Source: Silicimonas sp. (GTDB lineage: Bacteria > Pseudomonadota > Alphaproteobacteria > Rhodobacterales > Rhodobacteraceae). From it: 64,000 nucleotides of DNA. The first letter of the stretch is position 1. Each line of letters opens with the position of its first letter. A program made the position numbers and the translations under genes. The stretch spans positions 13,784 to 77,783 of the forward strand of contig JAJEAC010000066.1 in the NCBI GenBank assembly GCA_022824315.1, read 5' to 3'. Positions 50,787-60,538 of this stretch are shown in pieces. The notes under the pieces were generated by a model. The model saw only the letters and a program-made list of their open reading frames with translations. It was not told the DNA's origin and made no database searches.

Positions 50787-52867
50787 TGCACGCATGGAGA
50801 CTTGACGACGGCCACCAAACCGTGGTCCTGGCCGCACGCGGGAATCACCTGCCTGAAGTCGTCTACTGGGGCGCCGACCTGCCCGCATCAGAAGACCTGG
50901 ATGCACTCGTTGACGCGAACGGTCTCGACGTCACGGGCGGCATGCTGGACGAAAATCCCGATCTCTCGATCTGCCCGGAAACGGCCCGCACGTTTCCTGG
51001 GCAGCCCGGCCTGATTGCGCATGCCATCGACGGCACGCCGATCCATGGAACCTTGCTACTGGCTTCTGCCGACGCCGACGACCGCAGATTAGGAATGACC
51101 TACCGCGACGAGACGAACGGAATCACCTACTTCGCAAGTCTCGCCATGGACTCCGAGACCCGTGTCATCACGGCGTCCGCCACGATCACGTCGGACAAAC
51201 CGATCCGCGTGCTTTGGCTGGCGGCTCCAGTCATGCCGGCCGCACAGCATTCGAATGAAATGATCGACGTCTCAGGCCGTTGGTGCGGCGAATTCCAATT
51301 GACCCGCACGCCATGGAACCCCGGCATCCGCCTCCGCGAGAACCGCACGGGACGATCCGGCCACGAGCACTTTCCGGGGCTGTTCGTGCCCGCACGTGGC
51401 ACAACAAACACCCAAGGCGAGGCATGGGCGTTTCATTACGGCTGGTCTGGTGGCCACCGCATGGTGGCCGAGGAACTCCCGGACGGGCGGCGGCAGGTTC
51501 AGTTCGGACACGCTACTGGAGTAGATTCGAGGCCTGGCCTGAAGTTTGCAACGGCACCCCTCTATCTCGCCTATTCCCGGACCGGACTGAACGGATGTGC
51601 GGTGTCATTCCAGCGCCACGTCCGAGACCACGTCGTAACCTGGCCAAGGCCGGAGCGCCCACGTCCCTTGCACTACAATTGCTGGGAGGCCGTCTATTTC
51701 GACCACGAGCCCGAAGTGCTCAAGGACATAGCGGGTCACGCCGCTCGTCTTGGCGCAGAACGTTTCGTGCTCGATGACGGTTGGTTCGACGCGCGCAATG
51801 ACGACACCAGCTCGATTCCTGATTGGGATGTCGACCGACGCAAGTTCCCGGATGGCCTGGATCCTCTCATCGAACACGTTCACAACCTCGGCATGACGTT
51901 CGGCATCTGGTTCGAACCAGAAATGATCAATCCCGACAGCGGCGTCTATCGGAAGCATCCGGACTGGGCATTCGGACCAAGCGACCAGATTCTCGGGCGC
52001 CAGCAAATGGCGCTCGACATGTCGAACGTGGCGGTACGCGAGCACGCGTTCGCAAAAATCTCCGCAATCCTCCGCGCCCACGACATCGACTACATCAAGT
52101 GGGACCACAATCGCGTCCTCCCGGTCCCCGATCATGCACAGGCCGAGGGAACGCATGTCTTGATGGGCTGTCTTCGCGAGGCATTTCCCGACGTCGAGAT
52201 CGAGACCTGCGCCTCGGGCGGCGGACGACTTGACTTGGGCATCCTCTCGCACACCCAACGGGCTTGGCTTTCGGATTCGAATGATGCCCTGGAGCGCCTT
52301 GCCATGCAGCACAACGCTGCGCTCTTCCTCCCGGCTGCCGTGACCGGCAGCCATGTCGGGCCTCGTGTCAGCCACACGAGCGGACGGAGCCTGGACATCC
52401 GGTTCCGGGCCTGGATTGCCGCGAGCCGTCACATGGGCATCGAGATGGATCCACGCGAATTGACCGAAGGCGAAGCGGAAGCTCTCGCAAAGGTCATAGC
52501 ATGGTGGAAGGCCAATCGCGACTGGATGATGCAGGCAGACATCCTGCGCCTAGACAGCGCGGATCCGGCGGTCATTGCAGAGATGCACATATCGGCAAAC
52601 CGCTCCCGCTTCGTTGCCTTTGTCGGCAAGTCAGCGACTTCGGCCCAGATCCTGCCGCGCCCGATCCGCCTCACGGACCTCGACCCGAATGCGTCCTATC
52701 GAGTCGAGCTTGCCAACCGCGACGACGCGGTACGGCTCTCACGCGGCAAAATGGCGCTGAAGAGCGGGCCCCTGGCGCTCTCGGGGCGCTTCCTTGTCTC
52801 CAAGGGCCTCTCGCTGCCTTGGAGCTATCCGGCATCCCTCTGGGTCATCGCGGGCTCACGCCTCTGA
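50786..52867 (+). CDS. alpha-galactosidase (GH36)
   Basis: ATG overlaps the permease stop (TAATG). GH36 motifs FVLDDGWF, IKWDHN and ETCASGGGR. About 693 aa. The track ORF from 50495 is a 5' over-extension. Confidence 0.88.
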   Translation: MHAWRLDDGHQTVVLAARGNHLPEVVYWGADLPASEDLDALVDANGLDVTGGMLDENPDLSICPETARTFPGQPGLIAHAIDGTPIHGTLLLASADADDRRLGMTYRDETNGITYFASLAMDSETRVITASATITSDKPIRVLWLAAPVMPAAQHSNEMIDVSGRWCGEFQLTRTPWNPGIRLRENRTGRSGHEHFPGLFVPARGTTNTQGEAWAFHYGWSGGHRMVAEELPDGRRQVQFGHATGVDSRPGLKFATAPLYLAYSRTGLNGCAVSFQRHVRDHVVTWPRPERPRPLHYNCWEAVYFDHEPEVLKDIAGHAARLGAERFVLDDGWFDARNDDTSSIPDWDVDRRKFPDGLDPLIEHVHNLGMTFGIWFEPEMINPDSGVYRKHPDWAFGPSDQILGRQQMALDMSNVAVREHAFAKISAILRAHDIDYIKWDHNRVLPVPDHAQAEGTHVLMGCLREAFPDVEIETCASGGGRLDLGILSHTQRAWLSDSNDALERLAMQHNAALFLPAAVTGSHVGPRVSHTSGRSLDIRFRAWIAASRHMGIEMDPRELTEGEAEALAKVIAWWKANRDWMMQADILRLDSADPAVIAEMHISANRSRFVAFVGKSATSAQILPRPIRLTDLDPNASYRVELANRDDAVRLSRGKMALKSGPLALSGRFLVSKGLSLPWSYPASLWVIAGSRL

Positions 52868-52959
52868 GGCGCAGCGGGCCTCCGGCCCGAAACGCCCTGA
52901 ACGTCAATTTCGTGCATTGTCTCGGGGCAGTCTCGGATGGCGTGAATACGCCGCACGCT

Positions 52960-53751
52960 TCACGCCGAATGGGCGCCGTCAGCAAGCTTGCTAATGAACT
53001 CGAGCACCTCAGCAGGCGGTTTCCCCTTTCCGACGAGATCGACGATTGCGGATCCCACGACGGCACCGTCCGCGACCCTGGCGATTTCGCGGCCGGCCTC
53101 CGGAGTCTTGATCCCGAACCCAACCACGACAGGCAGTTCCGTCGCGGCCCTTATCCTGTCCACCTCGGGCCCGACGTCACCGGCAACCGCGTCAGCCGCG
53201 CCGGTGATTCCGGTGATCGAGACATAGTAAACGAACCCGGACGTGTTCTGCATGACCTTTGGCAAGCGCCTCTCGTCGGTGGTCGGCGTGGCAAGCCGGA
53301 TGAAGTTCAGCCCTGCCTCCTGCGCCGGGATGCAGAGCTCGTCGTCCTCTTCGGGAGGCAGGTCGACAATGATCAGGCCATCCACGCCGGCAGCCTTTGC
53401 ATCACGCAGAAAGGTCTCGACACCATGGTTCAGGATCGGGTTGTAGTACCCCATCAGCACGATCGGCGCCTCGTCGTCATCCTCGCGGAACGCCTGCACC
53501 AAGGCCAGTGTCTTCTTGAGCGTTTGCCCTGCAGCCAGGGCGCGCTGTCCCGCGAGTTGAATCACCGGCCCGTCCGCCATCGGATCGGTAAACGGCAAGC
53601 CCAGCTCAATCACGTCGACTCCAGCGCCGGGCAGACCCTTCAGTATCTCAAGCGAGGAGTCATAGTCGGGGTCCCCTGCCATCACGTAGGCGACGAAGGC
53701 CTTTCGGCCCTCCGCCCTCAGGGCCGCGAAACGGGCATCAATCCGGGTCAT
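52960..53751 (-). CDS. trpA: tryptophan synthase alpha chain
   Basis: [28 protein letters not shown]...[18 protein letters not shown]... canonical TrpA. No trpB adjacent. Confidence 0.95.
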   Translation of the reverse strand: MTRIDARFAALRAEGRKAFVAYVMAGDPDYDSSLEILKGLPGAGVDVIELGLPFTDPMADGPVIQLAGQRALAAGQTLKKTLALVQAFREDDDEAPIVLMGYYNPILNHGVETFLRDAKAAGVDGLIIVDLPPEEDDELCIPAQEAGLNFIRLATPTTDERRLPKVMQNTSGFVYYVSITGITGAADAVAGDVGPEVDRIRAATELPVVVGFGIKTPEAGREIARVADGAVVGSAIVDLVGKGKPPAEVLEFISKLADGAHSA

Positions 53752-53808
53752 GAAATACCTCCCTTGGTCCCGATCTCTGTGCACAATCGGCCAGGGAAGA
53801 TCAACGCC

Positions 53809-54225
53809 TCAGGGCGCTTCGTCGCAGCCGATCATCCAGCACACGCCGTATCTGTCGGTCAACATGCCGAAACCCGCGCTCCAGAAGGTTGGGGCGAAGG
53901 GCATGGTGGTCTCCCCACCCGGCGCAAGCCGATTGAAGGCGCCTTCCGCAGCATCCCTCGTTTCAAAGTTCACCATCACGTTCGCTCCGGCCATCGGCTC
54001 CGATGGTCCCATGAGGGAATCCGATCCCATCAGCTTGCCCTCGGGAAAGTTCACTTCGCAATGGGCCAGCCAACTCTTCTTGTCCTCGTCAATGGGAAAT
54101 TCGGGCGGCATGTCGGCCGCCGCAACAACCATGCCCAACTCGCCACCCAAGATGTCCGCGTATGTCGTCATTGCCTCCCGGCAGAGACCATCATTGAAAA
54201 ACAGGTACGGTGTAACTTGCATCAT
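53809..54225 (-). CDS. VOC/glyoxalase-fold protein (PhnB/YjdN-like)
   Basis: 138 aa. MMQVTPYLFFNDGLCREAM... FGMLTDRYGVCWMI is typical of the 3-demethylubiquinone-9 3-methyltransferase-like domain. The rest of the track's 410-aa ORF is antisense to ychF. Confidence 0.75.
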   Translation of the reverse strand: MMQVTPYLFFNDGLCREAMTTYADILGGELGMVVAAADMPPEFPIDEDKKSWLAHCEVNFPEGKLMGSDSLMGPSEPMAGANVMVNFETRDAAEGAFNRLAPGGETTMPFAPTFWSAGFGMLTDRYGVCWMIGCDEAP

Positions 54226-54319
54226 GCATCCTCCCTTGATTTGGGTCCACCATAGCACATCTTGCGCGGAATGCAGGTGCCCGATATTGCCCCGTGGCGA
54301 CACGCGAGGGGAATGCATC

Positions 54320-55417
54320 GTGGGCTTCAGGACCGGGATTGTTGGATTGCCGAACGTGGGCAAGTCCACCCTCTTCAACGCTCTCACCAGAACCGCTGCG
54401 GCGCAGGCCGCGAATTTCCCGTTCTGCACGATTGAGCCCAATGTCGGGGAAGTCGCCGTGCCGGATGATCGCCTTCCCAGATTGGCGGAAATCGCGGGAA
54501 GCCAGGGCGTGGTTCCGGCACGGATGACCTTCGTTGACATCGCCGGCCTCGTGAAAGGCGCATCACGGGGCGAAGGTCTCGGCAACCAGTTTCTGGCCAG
54601 TATCCGGGAGGTCGATGCAATCGCGCACGTGCTGCGCTGCTTTGACGACACCGACGTGACCCATGTCGAGGGTCGCATCGACCCCTTGGCGGACGCAGGG
54701 ACGGTAGACACGGAACTCATGCTCGCCGATCTCGAATCAGTCGAAAGGCGCCTGCAGAACATTGCCCGCAAGGTGAGAGGCGGAGACAAGGAGGCCATTA
54801 CGCAGGAAGGTCTCCTGACGGCGGCCAGGGAGGCTCTCGAATCCGGCCAGCCGGCACGAACGGTCGAGATCCCGGACGACAGGGCGAACGCGTGGAAAAT
54901 GCTGCAGCTGCTGACCGCAAAGCCCGTGCTATATGTTTGCAACGTGTCTGAGAACGAGGCTGCAACCGGCAACGAATTCTCCGCCGCCGTGGAGCGAATG
55001 GCAGCGGGCCAGCATGCGGCGTCGGTCGTGATTTCAGCCAAGATCGAAGAAGACCTCAGCCAGCTTGAGCCTGAAGAGGCAGCGATGTTCCTCGCGGAAA
55101 TGCGCCTTGAGGAGCCAGGCCTGGACCGCTTGGTGCATGCGGGCTACGAGCTTCTGGATCTGCAGACCTTCTTCACGGCCAACCACAAGGAGGCACGCGC
55201 CTGGACCGTGCGGAAAGGCGCGTGTGCCCATCAGGCGGCGGGAGTCGTCCACAGCGACTTCAAGAAAGGATTCATCCGGGCCGAGACGGTTGGCTTCGCG
55301 GACTACGTTGAACTTGGAGGACAGAGTGGCGCACGCGATGCAGGAATGCTTCGCGCCGAAGGCAGGAACTATGTTGTCAGGGAGGGCGATGTGTTGCATT
55401 TCCTGCATTCGGCGTAG
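54320..55417 (+). CDS. ychF: redox-regulated ribosome-binding ATPase YchF
   Basis: GTG start. GFRTGIVGLPNVGKSTLFNALT, a TGS-like C-terminus (...REGDVLHFLHS). 365 aa. Confidence 0.95.
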   Translation: MGFRTGIVGLPNVGKSTLFNALTRTAAAQAANFPFCTIEPNVGEVAVPDDRLPRLAEIAGSQGVVPARMTFVDIAGLVKGASRGEGLGNQFLASIREVDAIAHVLRCFDDTDVTHVEGRIDPLADAGTVDTELMLADLESVERRLQNIARKVRGGDKEAITQEGLLTAAREALESGQPARTVEIPDDRANAWKMLQLLTAKPVLYVCNVSENEAATGNEFSAAVERMAAGQHAASVVISAKIEEDLSQLEPEEAAMFLAEMRLEEPGLDRLVHAGYELLDLQTFFTANHKEARAWTVRKGACAHQAAGVVHSDFKKGFIRAETVGFADYVELGGQSGARDAGMLRAEGRNYVVREGDVLHFLHSA

Positions 55418-55482
55418 GCGGGCCTGAATTCCGACGGTCCGATCCGGCCAGACCTGACGACGCAGACATCCGAGGAGAACCC

Positions 55483-56061
55483 ATGTTCGCATCCCGCCCT
55501 GAAGTGCTGAAATTTCTCGAGACGCGTCGGTCGCGTCCTGCCAAGACGCTTTCGGCTCCGGCGCCTGACCGCGACGCGCTGCGAAAACTGCTCACCGTCG
55601 CCGCCCGATCTCCTGATCATGGCAAGCTGGAGCCGTGGCGCTTCGTTGTCCTGGAGAAAGAGGCGCTCGAGCGACTCGCCTCGACGCTGCCCGCCAGGGG
55701 AGAAGAGCTTGGAATCGAGCCAGAAAAGATCGCCAAGTCGGTGGACGAGTATTCACGCTCGCTCCTCGCAGTGGCCGTGGTGGCATGCCCAAAACCATCC
55801 GAAAAGATCCCTGAAATCGAGCAGACCCTGTCTGCCGGCGCCGTCTGCATGCAGCTCCTGAATGCCTGTCTCGCTGCCGGGTGGGGAGCCAATTGGCTTA
55901 CCGGCTGGGCCTGCCATGATCGCGACTGGCGGGAACGGCATCTTGGCCTCGGACCCAGCGAGTGGATTGCCGGCATCATTCATGTCGGCAGCGAGACAAG
56001 TGCACCGCCGGACCGCCCGCGTCCCGATCTCGATGCGATCACCGAATGGGTGTCATCCTGA
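55483..56061 (+). CDS. nitroreductase family protein
   Basis: RRSRPAK...LLTVAARSPDHGKLEPWRFVVL... nitroreductase fold. 192 aa. Confidence 0.8.
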   Translation: MFASRPEVLKFLETRRSRPAKTLSAPAPDRDALRKLLTVAARSPDHGKLEPWRFVVLEKEALERLASTLPARGEELGIEPEKIAKSVDEYSRSLLAVAVVACPKPSEKIPEIEQTLSAGAVCMQLLNACLAAGWGANWLTGWACHDRDWRERHLGLGPSEWIAGIIHVGSETSAPPDRPRPDLDAITEWVSS

Positions 56062-56741
56062 TCCCAAGGGCATTTCTGGCTGCCCTTGGCCAGATTCGGG
56101 ACCCCCAGTTTCGCACGGTGCTTGCGAAGGGTCTTCTGCTGACGATCCTGTTTCTGTCCGCGCTCTATGTCGCAGTCCTGTATGTCCTGCTCTGGATTCT
56201 TCCAGATGTGATCGCGTTGCCCTGGCTGGGCGAGATTTCCGTTCCCCGCCAATTCGTTTCCCTGGGGTCATTCCTTGTGATGGCGGTGCTCTCGACATTC
56301 TTGATGCTACCCGTCGCCGCCGCATTCACCGGCATTTTCCTGGACGATGTGGCCGACGCGGTCGAAGCCAGGCACTACCCCATGCTCTCCCCCGCTCCGC
56401 GCATCGGATTGATGGACGGCCTGCGGGAATCGATCGGCTTTCTGGGCATCGTGCTCGTCGCCAATCTCGTGGCGCTCGTACTGTATTTCACGCCGCTTTC
56501 ACCGTTTGTCTTTTTCGGGCTGAACGGCTTCCTGCTCGGGCGCGAGTACTTCCGGGTGATTGCCGTACGGCGCTTGGGACGGAGGGATGCCGGGCGCTTG
56601 TTCCGTCAGCATCTCCCTGTGATCTGGATCACGGGAGCGCTGATGGCCATGCTGCTGACGGTACCGCTGTTCAATCTCCTAATCCCGGTTCTGGGTGCCG
56701 CGACCTTCACGCACATCTACCACGAACTCACCTCCACCTGA
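56046..56741 (+). CDS. EI24/CysZ-like membrane protein
   Basis: ATG 56046 overlaps the nitroreductase 3' end by 16 nt. Polytopic membrane protein (AFLAALGQIRDPQFRTVLAKGLLLTILF...). Confidence 0.65.
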   Translation: MGVILIPRAFLAALGQIRDPQFRTVLAKGLLLTILFLSALYVAVLYVLLWILPDVIALPWLGEISVPRQFVSLGSFLVMAVLSTFLMLPVAAAFTGIFLDDVADAVEARHYPMLSPAPRIGLMDGLRESIGFLGIVLVANLVALVLYFTPLSPFVFFGLNGFLLGREYFRVIAVRRLGRRDAGRLFRQHLPVIWITGALMAMLLTVPLFNLLIPVLGAATFTHIYHELTST

Positions 56742-56838
56742 ACGCGGGAAGCCATGTGCTTTCCACGCCCGTTTCCATTCGAAGCAGAGGTGAACAATGC
56801 GGACGAAGGTCAGGCCCGGAATGGTAGAGGCGCCAAAG

Positions 56839-57126
56839 CTACCCGGAATTTTCGGCAGGTCCCATCCGGTCAAAAATATCGATGTCCCTGACCGTGATTC
56901 CTCCCCACAGTATGACGGAGGCAATCAGGGCCCAGATCAGCACCGCCCATAGCGTGGTGATCTTCAGTTTGCGACGCATGGAGAATGACGATGCCGGAGA
57001 GCCGGCATGCGTGCCCTTGAGACGCTCGCCCACGTCGCCCTGCGTCTTCAGGCGAATTGGCAGCACGACAAACAGGACCATGAACCAGACGACCGCAAGC
57101 AGAACCATGGCCGAAAGGACACTCAT
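56839..57126 (-). CDS. DUF1467 family small membrane protein
   Basis: MSVLSAMVLLAVVWFMVLFVVLPIRLKTQGD... ATGA overlap with the mce stop. This pairing is typical in alphaproteobacteria. Confidence 0.8.
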   Translation of the reverse strand: MSVLSAMVLLAVVWFMVLFVVLPIRLKTQGDVGERLKGTHAGSPASSFSMRRKLKITTLWAVLIWALIASVILWGGITVRDIDIFDRMGPAENSG

Positions 57127-57530
57127 CAAGCTTCTTCCAACTCGATCAAGGTACCGTTGAAGTCCTTGGGGTGAAGAAACAGCACTGGCTTGCCGTGTGC
57201 CCCGATCTTCGGCTCCCCGTCGCCCAGAACGCGTGCTCCTGCAGACCTCATTGCATCGGCCGCGACCTGGATGTCTTCGACCTCGTAGCACAAGTGATGG
57301 ATGCCGCCGGACGGATTCCTTTCAAGGAAGCTCGCGATGGGCGAGTCATCCCCCAATGGGTAGAGAAGTTCTATCCTGGTATTTGGCAGTGTGATGAACA
57401 CGACCGTGACACCGTGTTCCGGCTCGTCCTGCGGCGCGCCGACATCCACACCAAGCACGTCCCTGTACTGCCGCGCTGCGGCGTCGAGATCAGGTACCGC
57501 GATTGCGACATGGTTGAGCTGTCCGATCAT
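57126..57530 (-). CDS. mce: methylmalonyl-CoA epimerase
   Basis: 134-aa VOC-fold protein. LNHVAIAVPDLDAA...GGIHHLCYEVEDI... Confidence 0.9.
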   Translation of the reverse strand: MIGQLNHVAIAVPDLDAAARQYRDVLGVDVGAPQDEPEHGVTVVFITLPNTRIELLYPLGDDSPIASFLERNPSGGIHHLCYEVEDIQVAADAMRSAGARVLGDGEPKIGAHGKPVLFLHPKDFNGTLIELEEA

Positions 57531-57729
57531 GGGAGTTCCCTTCTGGTATGAGCCTCATGTCAAGCGGCACGGCGCCGCAGGGCACAGGTGGCATGTCGCC
57601 ACAGGGCGGCGGCGCCTGCAACATCAGCCTGCACCCAGGCGCCTGCCGCATGCAAGGCCACGCGCGTCTGAGATCCAGGTCGAGTGTCAAGCGCTGCAAA
57701 CGCGCGGTCTCAAGATCTGGATCGTGAGA

Positions 57730-60306
57730 TCATTGCCGCGAAGTCCGCTCGGAAATCGCGATCTGCGCGGCTGCAAGCCGTGCCACGGGAACACGGAAGG
57801 GCGAGCAGCTCACGTAGTCGAATCCCGCTGACCGGCAAAAGGCGATCGAGTCTTGATCTCCGCCATGCTCGCCACAGATCGAAAGGACCAGGTCGGGATT
57901 GGAGCCCCTTGCACGTTCCGCCCCCAATGACAGGAGCTCCCCAACGCCGTCCATGTCCAGCCGATGAAAGGGATCTTCTGGAAACACCCCAAGGCGCACG
58001 TAGTCCGCCATGAACCGGCCCGCGTCGTCCCGGGAAAGACCATAAGTCATCTGCGTCAGGTCATTGGTGCCGAAACTCAGGAACGCGACTTGTGGCGCGA
58101 TTTCATCGGCTCGGAGAGCGGCCCGCGGCGTTTCGACCATGACACCCAGCTTGTAGTCGAACTGAACGCCCATTCTTGTCCGCACCGCGGCTGCCACCGC
58201 CTCGATCCGGCTGCGCACCAGTTCTACCTCGCGGCTAGCAGAAACCAGCGGGATCATGATCTCGGGCACGACCGGACGCTCGGGCCTGCTCGCGTGGATC
58301 GTCGCAAGGAAAATGGCTTCGGCCTGCGCCTCGTAAATCTCGGGAATCGTGACACCGAGACGCACGCCCCTCAACCCGAGCATCGGGTTGAATTCCTCGA
58401 GCGCCTCGACATGTCGTGTCACCTTGGACAGTGGAAGGTTCATCGCGTCCGCCAGATCGCGCAACCCGTCGCGGCTCTTCGGCAGGAATTCATGAAGCGG
58501 CGGGTCAAACAGCCGGATGCAGACAGGCTTGCATTCCAACAGGTCGAAGAGATGCGTGAAATCCTCAACCTGCAATGACACGAGACGCTCGAGCGAGGCG
58601 GCCCGCCCCTCCGCGTTCTCCGCAAAGATCATCTCGCGCATCAGCGTAAGACGATCCTCTTCAAAGAACATGTGCTCAGTTCGGCAAAGCCCGATACCCT
58701 CTGCTTCGAACGCAAGGGCTACCTTGGCCTCGGAATAGGTGTCTGCATTCGCCCTGACTCGAATGTCCCTTGCCTCATCCGCCCAGTCCAAAAGCGTTCG
58801 GAATGCATCGCCCTGGGAAGGTTCAAGCAACGGCACCTCGCCGGCCAAGGCAGTTCCCGAGGTTCCGTCTATGGTCACGCAATCTCCCGCCTTGAAGACA
58901 CGCCCGTCCTCGGCAGTCAGACTCCTGTCCCGACGGTTGAGGACGATTCCCGAAGCCCCGACAACGCCTGGAAGGCCAAGGCCTCTTGCGACCATCGCGG
59001 CGTGACTTGTCATGCCACCCCTTTCGGTCAGTACGCCGACTGCCGCGTGCATTCCGCGAATGTCCTCAGGAGAGGTTTCGCGCCGCACGAGAATCGCGGG
59101 CTCGCCCCTTGCGTGGGCCGCCTGCGCTGCCGCCGACGTGAATACGAGCATGCCCGTTGCCGCGCCCGGACTTGCAGCTACGCCCGTGGCCAGCACGTCC
59201 CTTTGCGCAGAAGGATCAACTTGGCGATGCATCAGTTGCGGGAGAAGCCCGGGATCAATCCTCGATACAGCCTCGTCCTTCGAAATCACCTCGTCGTTCG
59301 CGAGCGTGACGGCAATGCGGACCTCCGCCTGCGGCTGGCGTTGGACGCGGAGTGCATCAAGAACGCTCAACTCTCCTCCAACCAAAGCGAATTCGATCTG
59401 CATTTCCTCGTGCAGCCCTTCACGACAGACTGCTCCAAAGCCGACCAATTCGGCGAACGCTTCCGGACAGAGATCTTCCAGAGATTCTCCACTTGAATTG
59501 CGCGCAAGACTGATCGCGTCCTTGCTCCGCAACGCATCGCGGCCCTGGCTCTGGCTCAGGTATCGTCCGATGATTTGCGCCTCGCCGGTATCACCGGACA
59601 CGAACTGAATTGCACCGGAACCTGATTCCGGCGGCCCGAGGCCCGCAGCCATGGCTTGCACGACAAGTCCGAGTCCCGCATCGGGCGGCGCGCCACGCGC
59701 CTGGCGCAAAAGCCGGGCCGAAGTGCCTTCCCATGCCCGGGCCATGAACTTGAGAACATCCGTGAGCTGCCGCTCTGGATCCTGCGGAAAGGGCTCGTCC
59801 ATCTCGGCCTCATAGGCGTCGAGCATGGATCTCAGCGCGTGGGCGTCCGCTTCCCTGGCGGACTCGAATGCATCCGGATCAAGATGTGCGACCTGCACAG
59901 AGTAGGTCTGCACGAAGCGGCTGTAGAGGCGGTCGGCCGCCTCCGGTCCGAGGAGGCTGGCATATTCCGCATGGCGGGCGTCATTCATGCCGATATTCAG
60001 GATCGCCTCGGGACCGCCCCACTCCGGATTGCCGGAGGACGGGCGCACCGAAACAAGCGGGGCTTCGCCGAAATGCGCCAGCACCTTTGCCGCGTCTACG
60101 GTGCCGCCGGACGCCAGAGACCGCACCGTTGCAAAGGACAGCGCCATCGATGCGGGAACCGGCAAGTCCAACCGAATGAGCCGTTGCAGGCACTTCGCCC
60201 GCTCGCCATGCGTCTCGGTCGCGACCGGGGCTGTCGCGTCCACGGCAACAAAATCTTCCAATTCAACGCGTTTCTGCACTGCGGCGATTCCTTTGCTCCG
60301 CAGCAT
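57730..60306 (-). CDS. pyruvate,phosphate dikinase-like PEP-utilising protein with a divergent nucleotide-binding domain
   Basis: Conserved swivel phospho-His motif GGMTSHAAMVARG and conserved PEP/pyruvate TIM-barrel motifs (GLCRTEHMFF, FGTNDLTQ, CGEHGGD). The N-terminal ATP-grasp signatures are not conserved (details in findings). Confidence 0.8.
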   Translation of the reverse strand: MLRSKGIAAVQKRVELEDFVAVDATAPVATETHGERAKCLQRLIRLDLPVPASMALSFATVRSLASGGTVDAAKVLAHFGEAPLVSVRPSSGNPEWGGPEAILNIGMNDARHAEYASLLGPEAADRLYSRFVQTYSVQVAHLDPDAFESAREADAHALRSMLDAYEAEMDEPFPQDPERQLTDVLKFMARAWEGTSARLLRQARGAPPDAGLGLVVQAMAAGLGPPESGSGAIQFVSGDTGEAQIIGRYLSQSQGRDALRSKDAISLARNSSGESLEDLCPEAFAELVGFGAVCREGLHEEMQIEFALVGGELSVLDALRVQRQPQAEVRIAVTLANDEVISKDEAVSRIDPGLLPQLMHRQVDPSAQRDVLATGVAASPGAATGMLVFTSAAAQAAHARGEPAILVRRETSPEDIRGMHAAVGVLTERGGMTSHAAMVARGLGLPGVVGASGIVLNRRDRSLTAEDGRVFKAGDCVTIDGTSGTALAGEVPLLEPSQGDAFRTLLDWADEARDIRVRANADTYSEAKVALAFEAEGIGLCRTEHMFFEEDRLTLMREMIFAENAEGRAASLERLVSLQVEDFTHLFDLLECKPVCIRLFDPPLHEFLPKSRDGLRDLADAMNLPLSKVTRHVEALEEFNPMLGLRGVRLGVTIPEIYEAQAEAIFLATIHASRPERPVVPEIMIPLVSASREVELVRSRIEAVAAAVRTRMGVQFDYKLGVMVETPRAALRADEIAPQVAFLSFGTNDLTQMTYGLSRDDAGRFMADYVRLGVFPEDPFHRLDMDGVGELLSLGAERARGSNPDLVLSICGEHGGDQDSIAFCRSAGFDYVSCSPFRVPVARLAAAQIAISERTSRQ

Positions 60307-60353
60307 ACGCAGTAAACCTCAACGTTCAAGAATCGATGCGACCAAAGGTTGGA

Positions 60354-60421
60354 CGTCTTTCGCGTGAGGTACCGAACATCCAGGCACGGCATTCCTCCCG
60401 GGATTCGAGACGCGAAAGACG
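60354..60421. repeat. perfect 12-bp inverted repeat CGTCTTTCGCGT / ACGCGAAAGACG with a 44-nt spacer
   Basis: Arms at 60354..60365 and 60410..60421. Located in the 232-bp glyS to PPDK-like intergenic region. The spacer contains the 8-bp palindrome TCCCGGGA. Confidence 0.85.
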
Positions 60422-60538
60422 GCGGCGCCTCCAACCAACGAAACGCAGCTCCAGTGCCTGCAAGAAATCGAAAGCACGGTCACCTTAAGCGGTGTCATAC
60501 GGGCACTTGCCGTCTGAACGCGTGTCCTGGCAGGAATC

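Noticed and set aside
52501-55041. Long ORFs 52501..54255(+), 53750..54319(+ extension) and 53809..55041(-)
   Set aside because: These are antisense or out-of-context extensions of trpA, the VOC gene and ychF. Only the segments with recognisable family motifs were kept: trpA 52960..53751, VOC 53809..54225 and ychF 54320..55417.
57571-57616. GC-rich nested hairpin (GGCGCCGC...GTGGC-ATGTC-GCCAC...GCGGCGCC) between the PPDK-like gene and mce
   Set aside because: The pairing potential is real, but the stems are short and interrupted by internal loops, and there is no U-tract. It is compatible with an ordinary GC-rich terminator or spacer structure and is not distinctive enough to flag.
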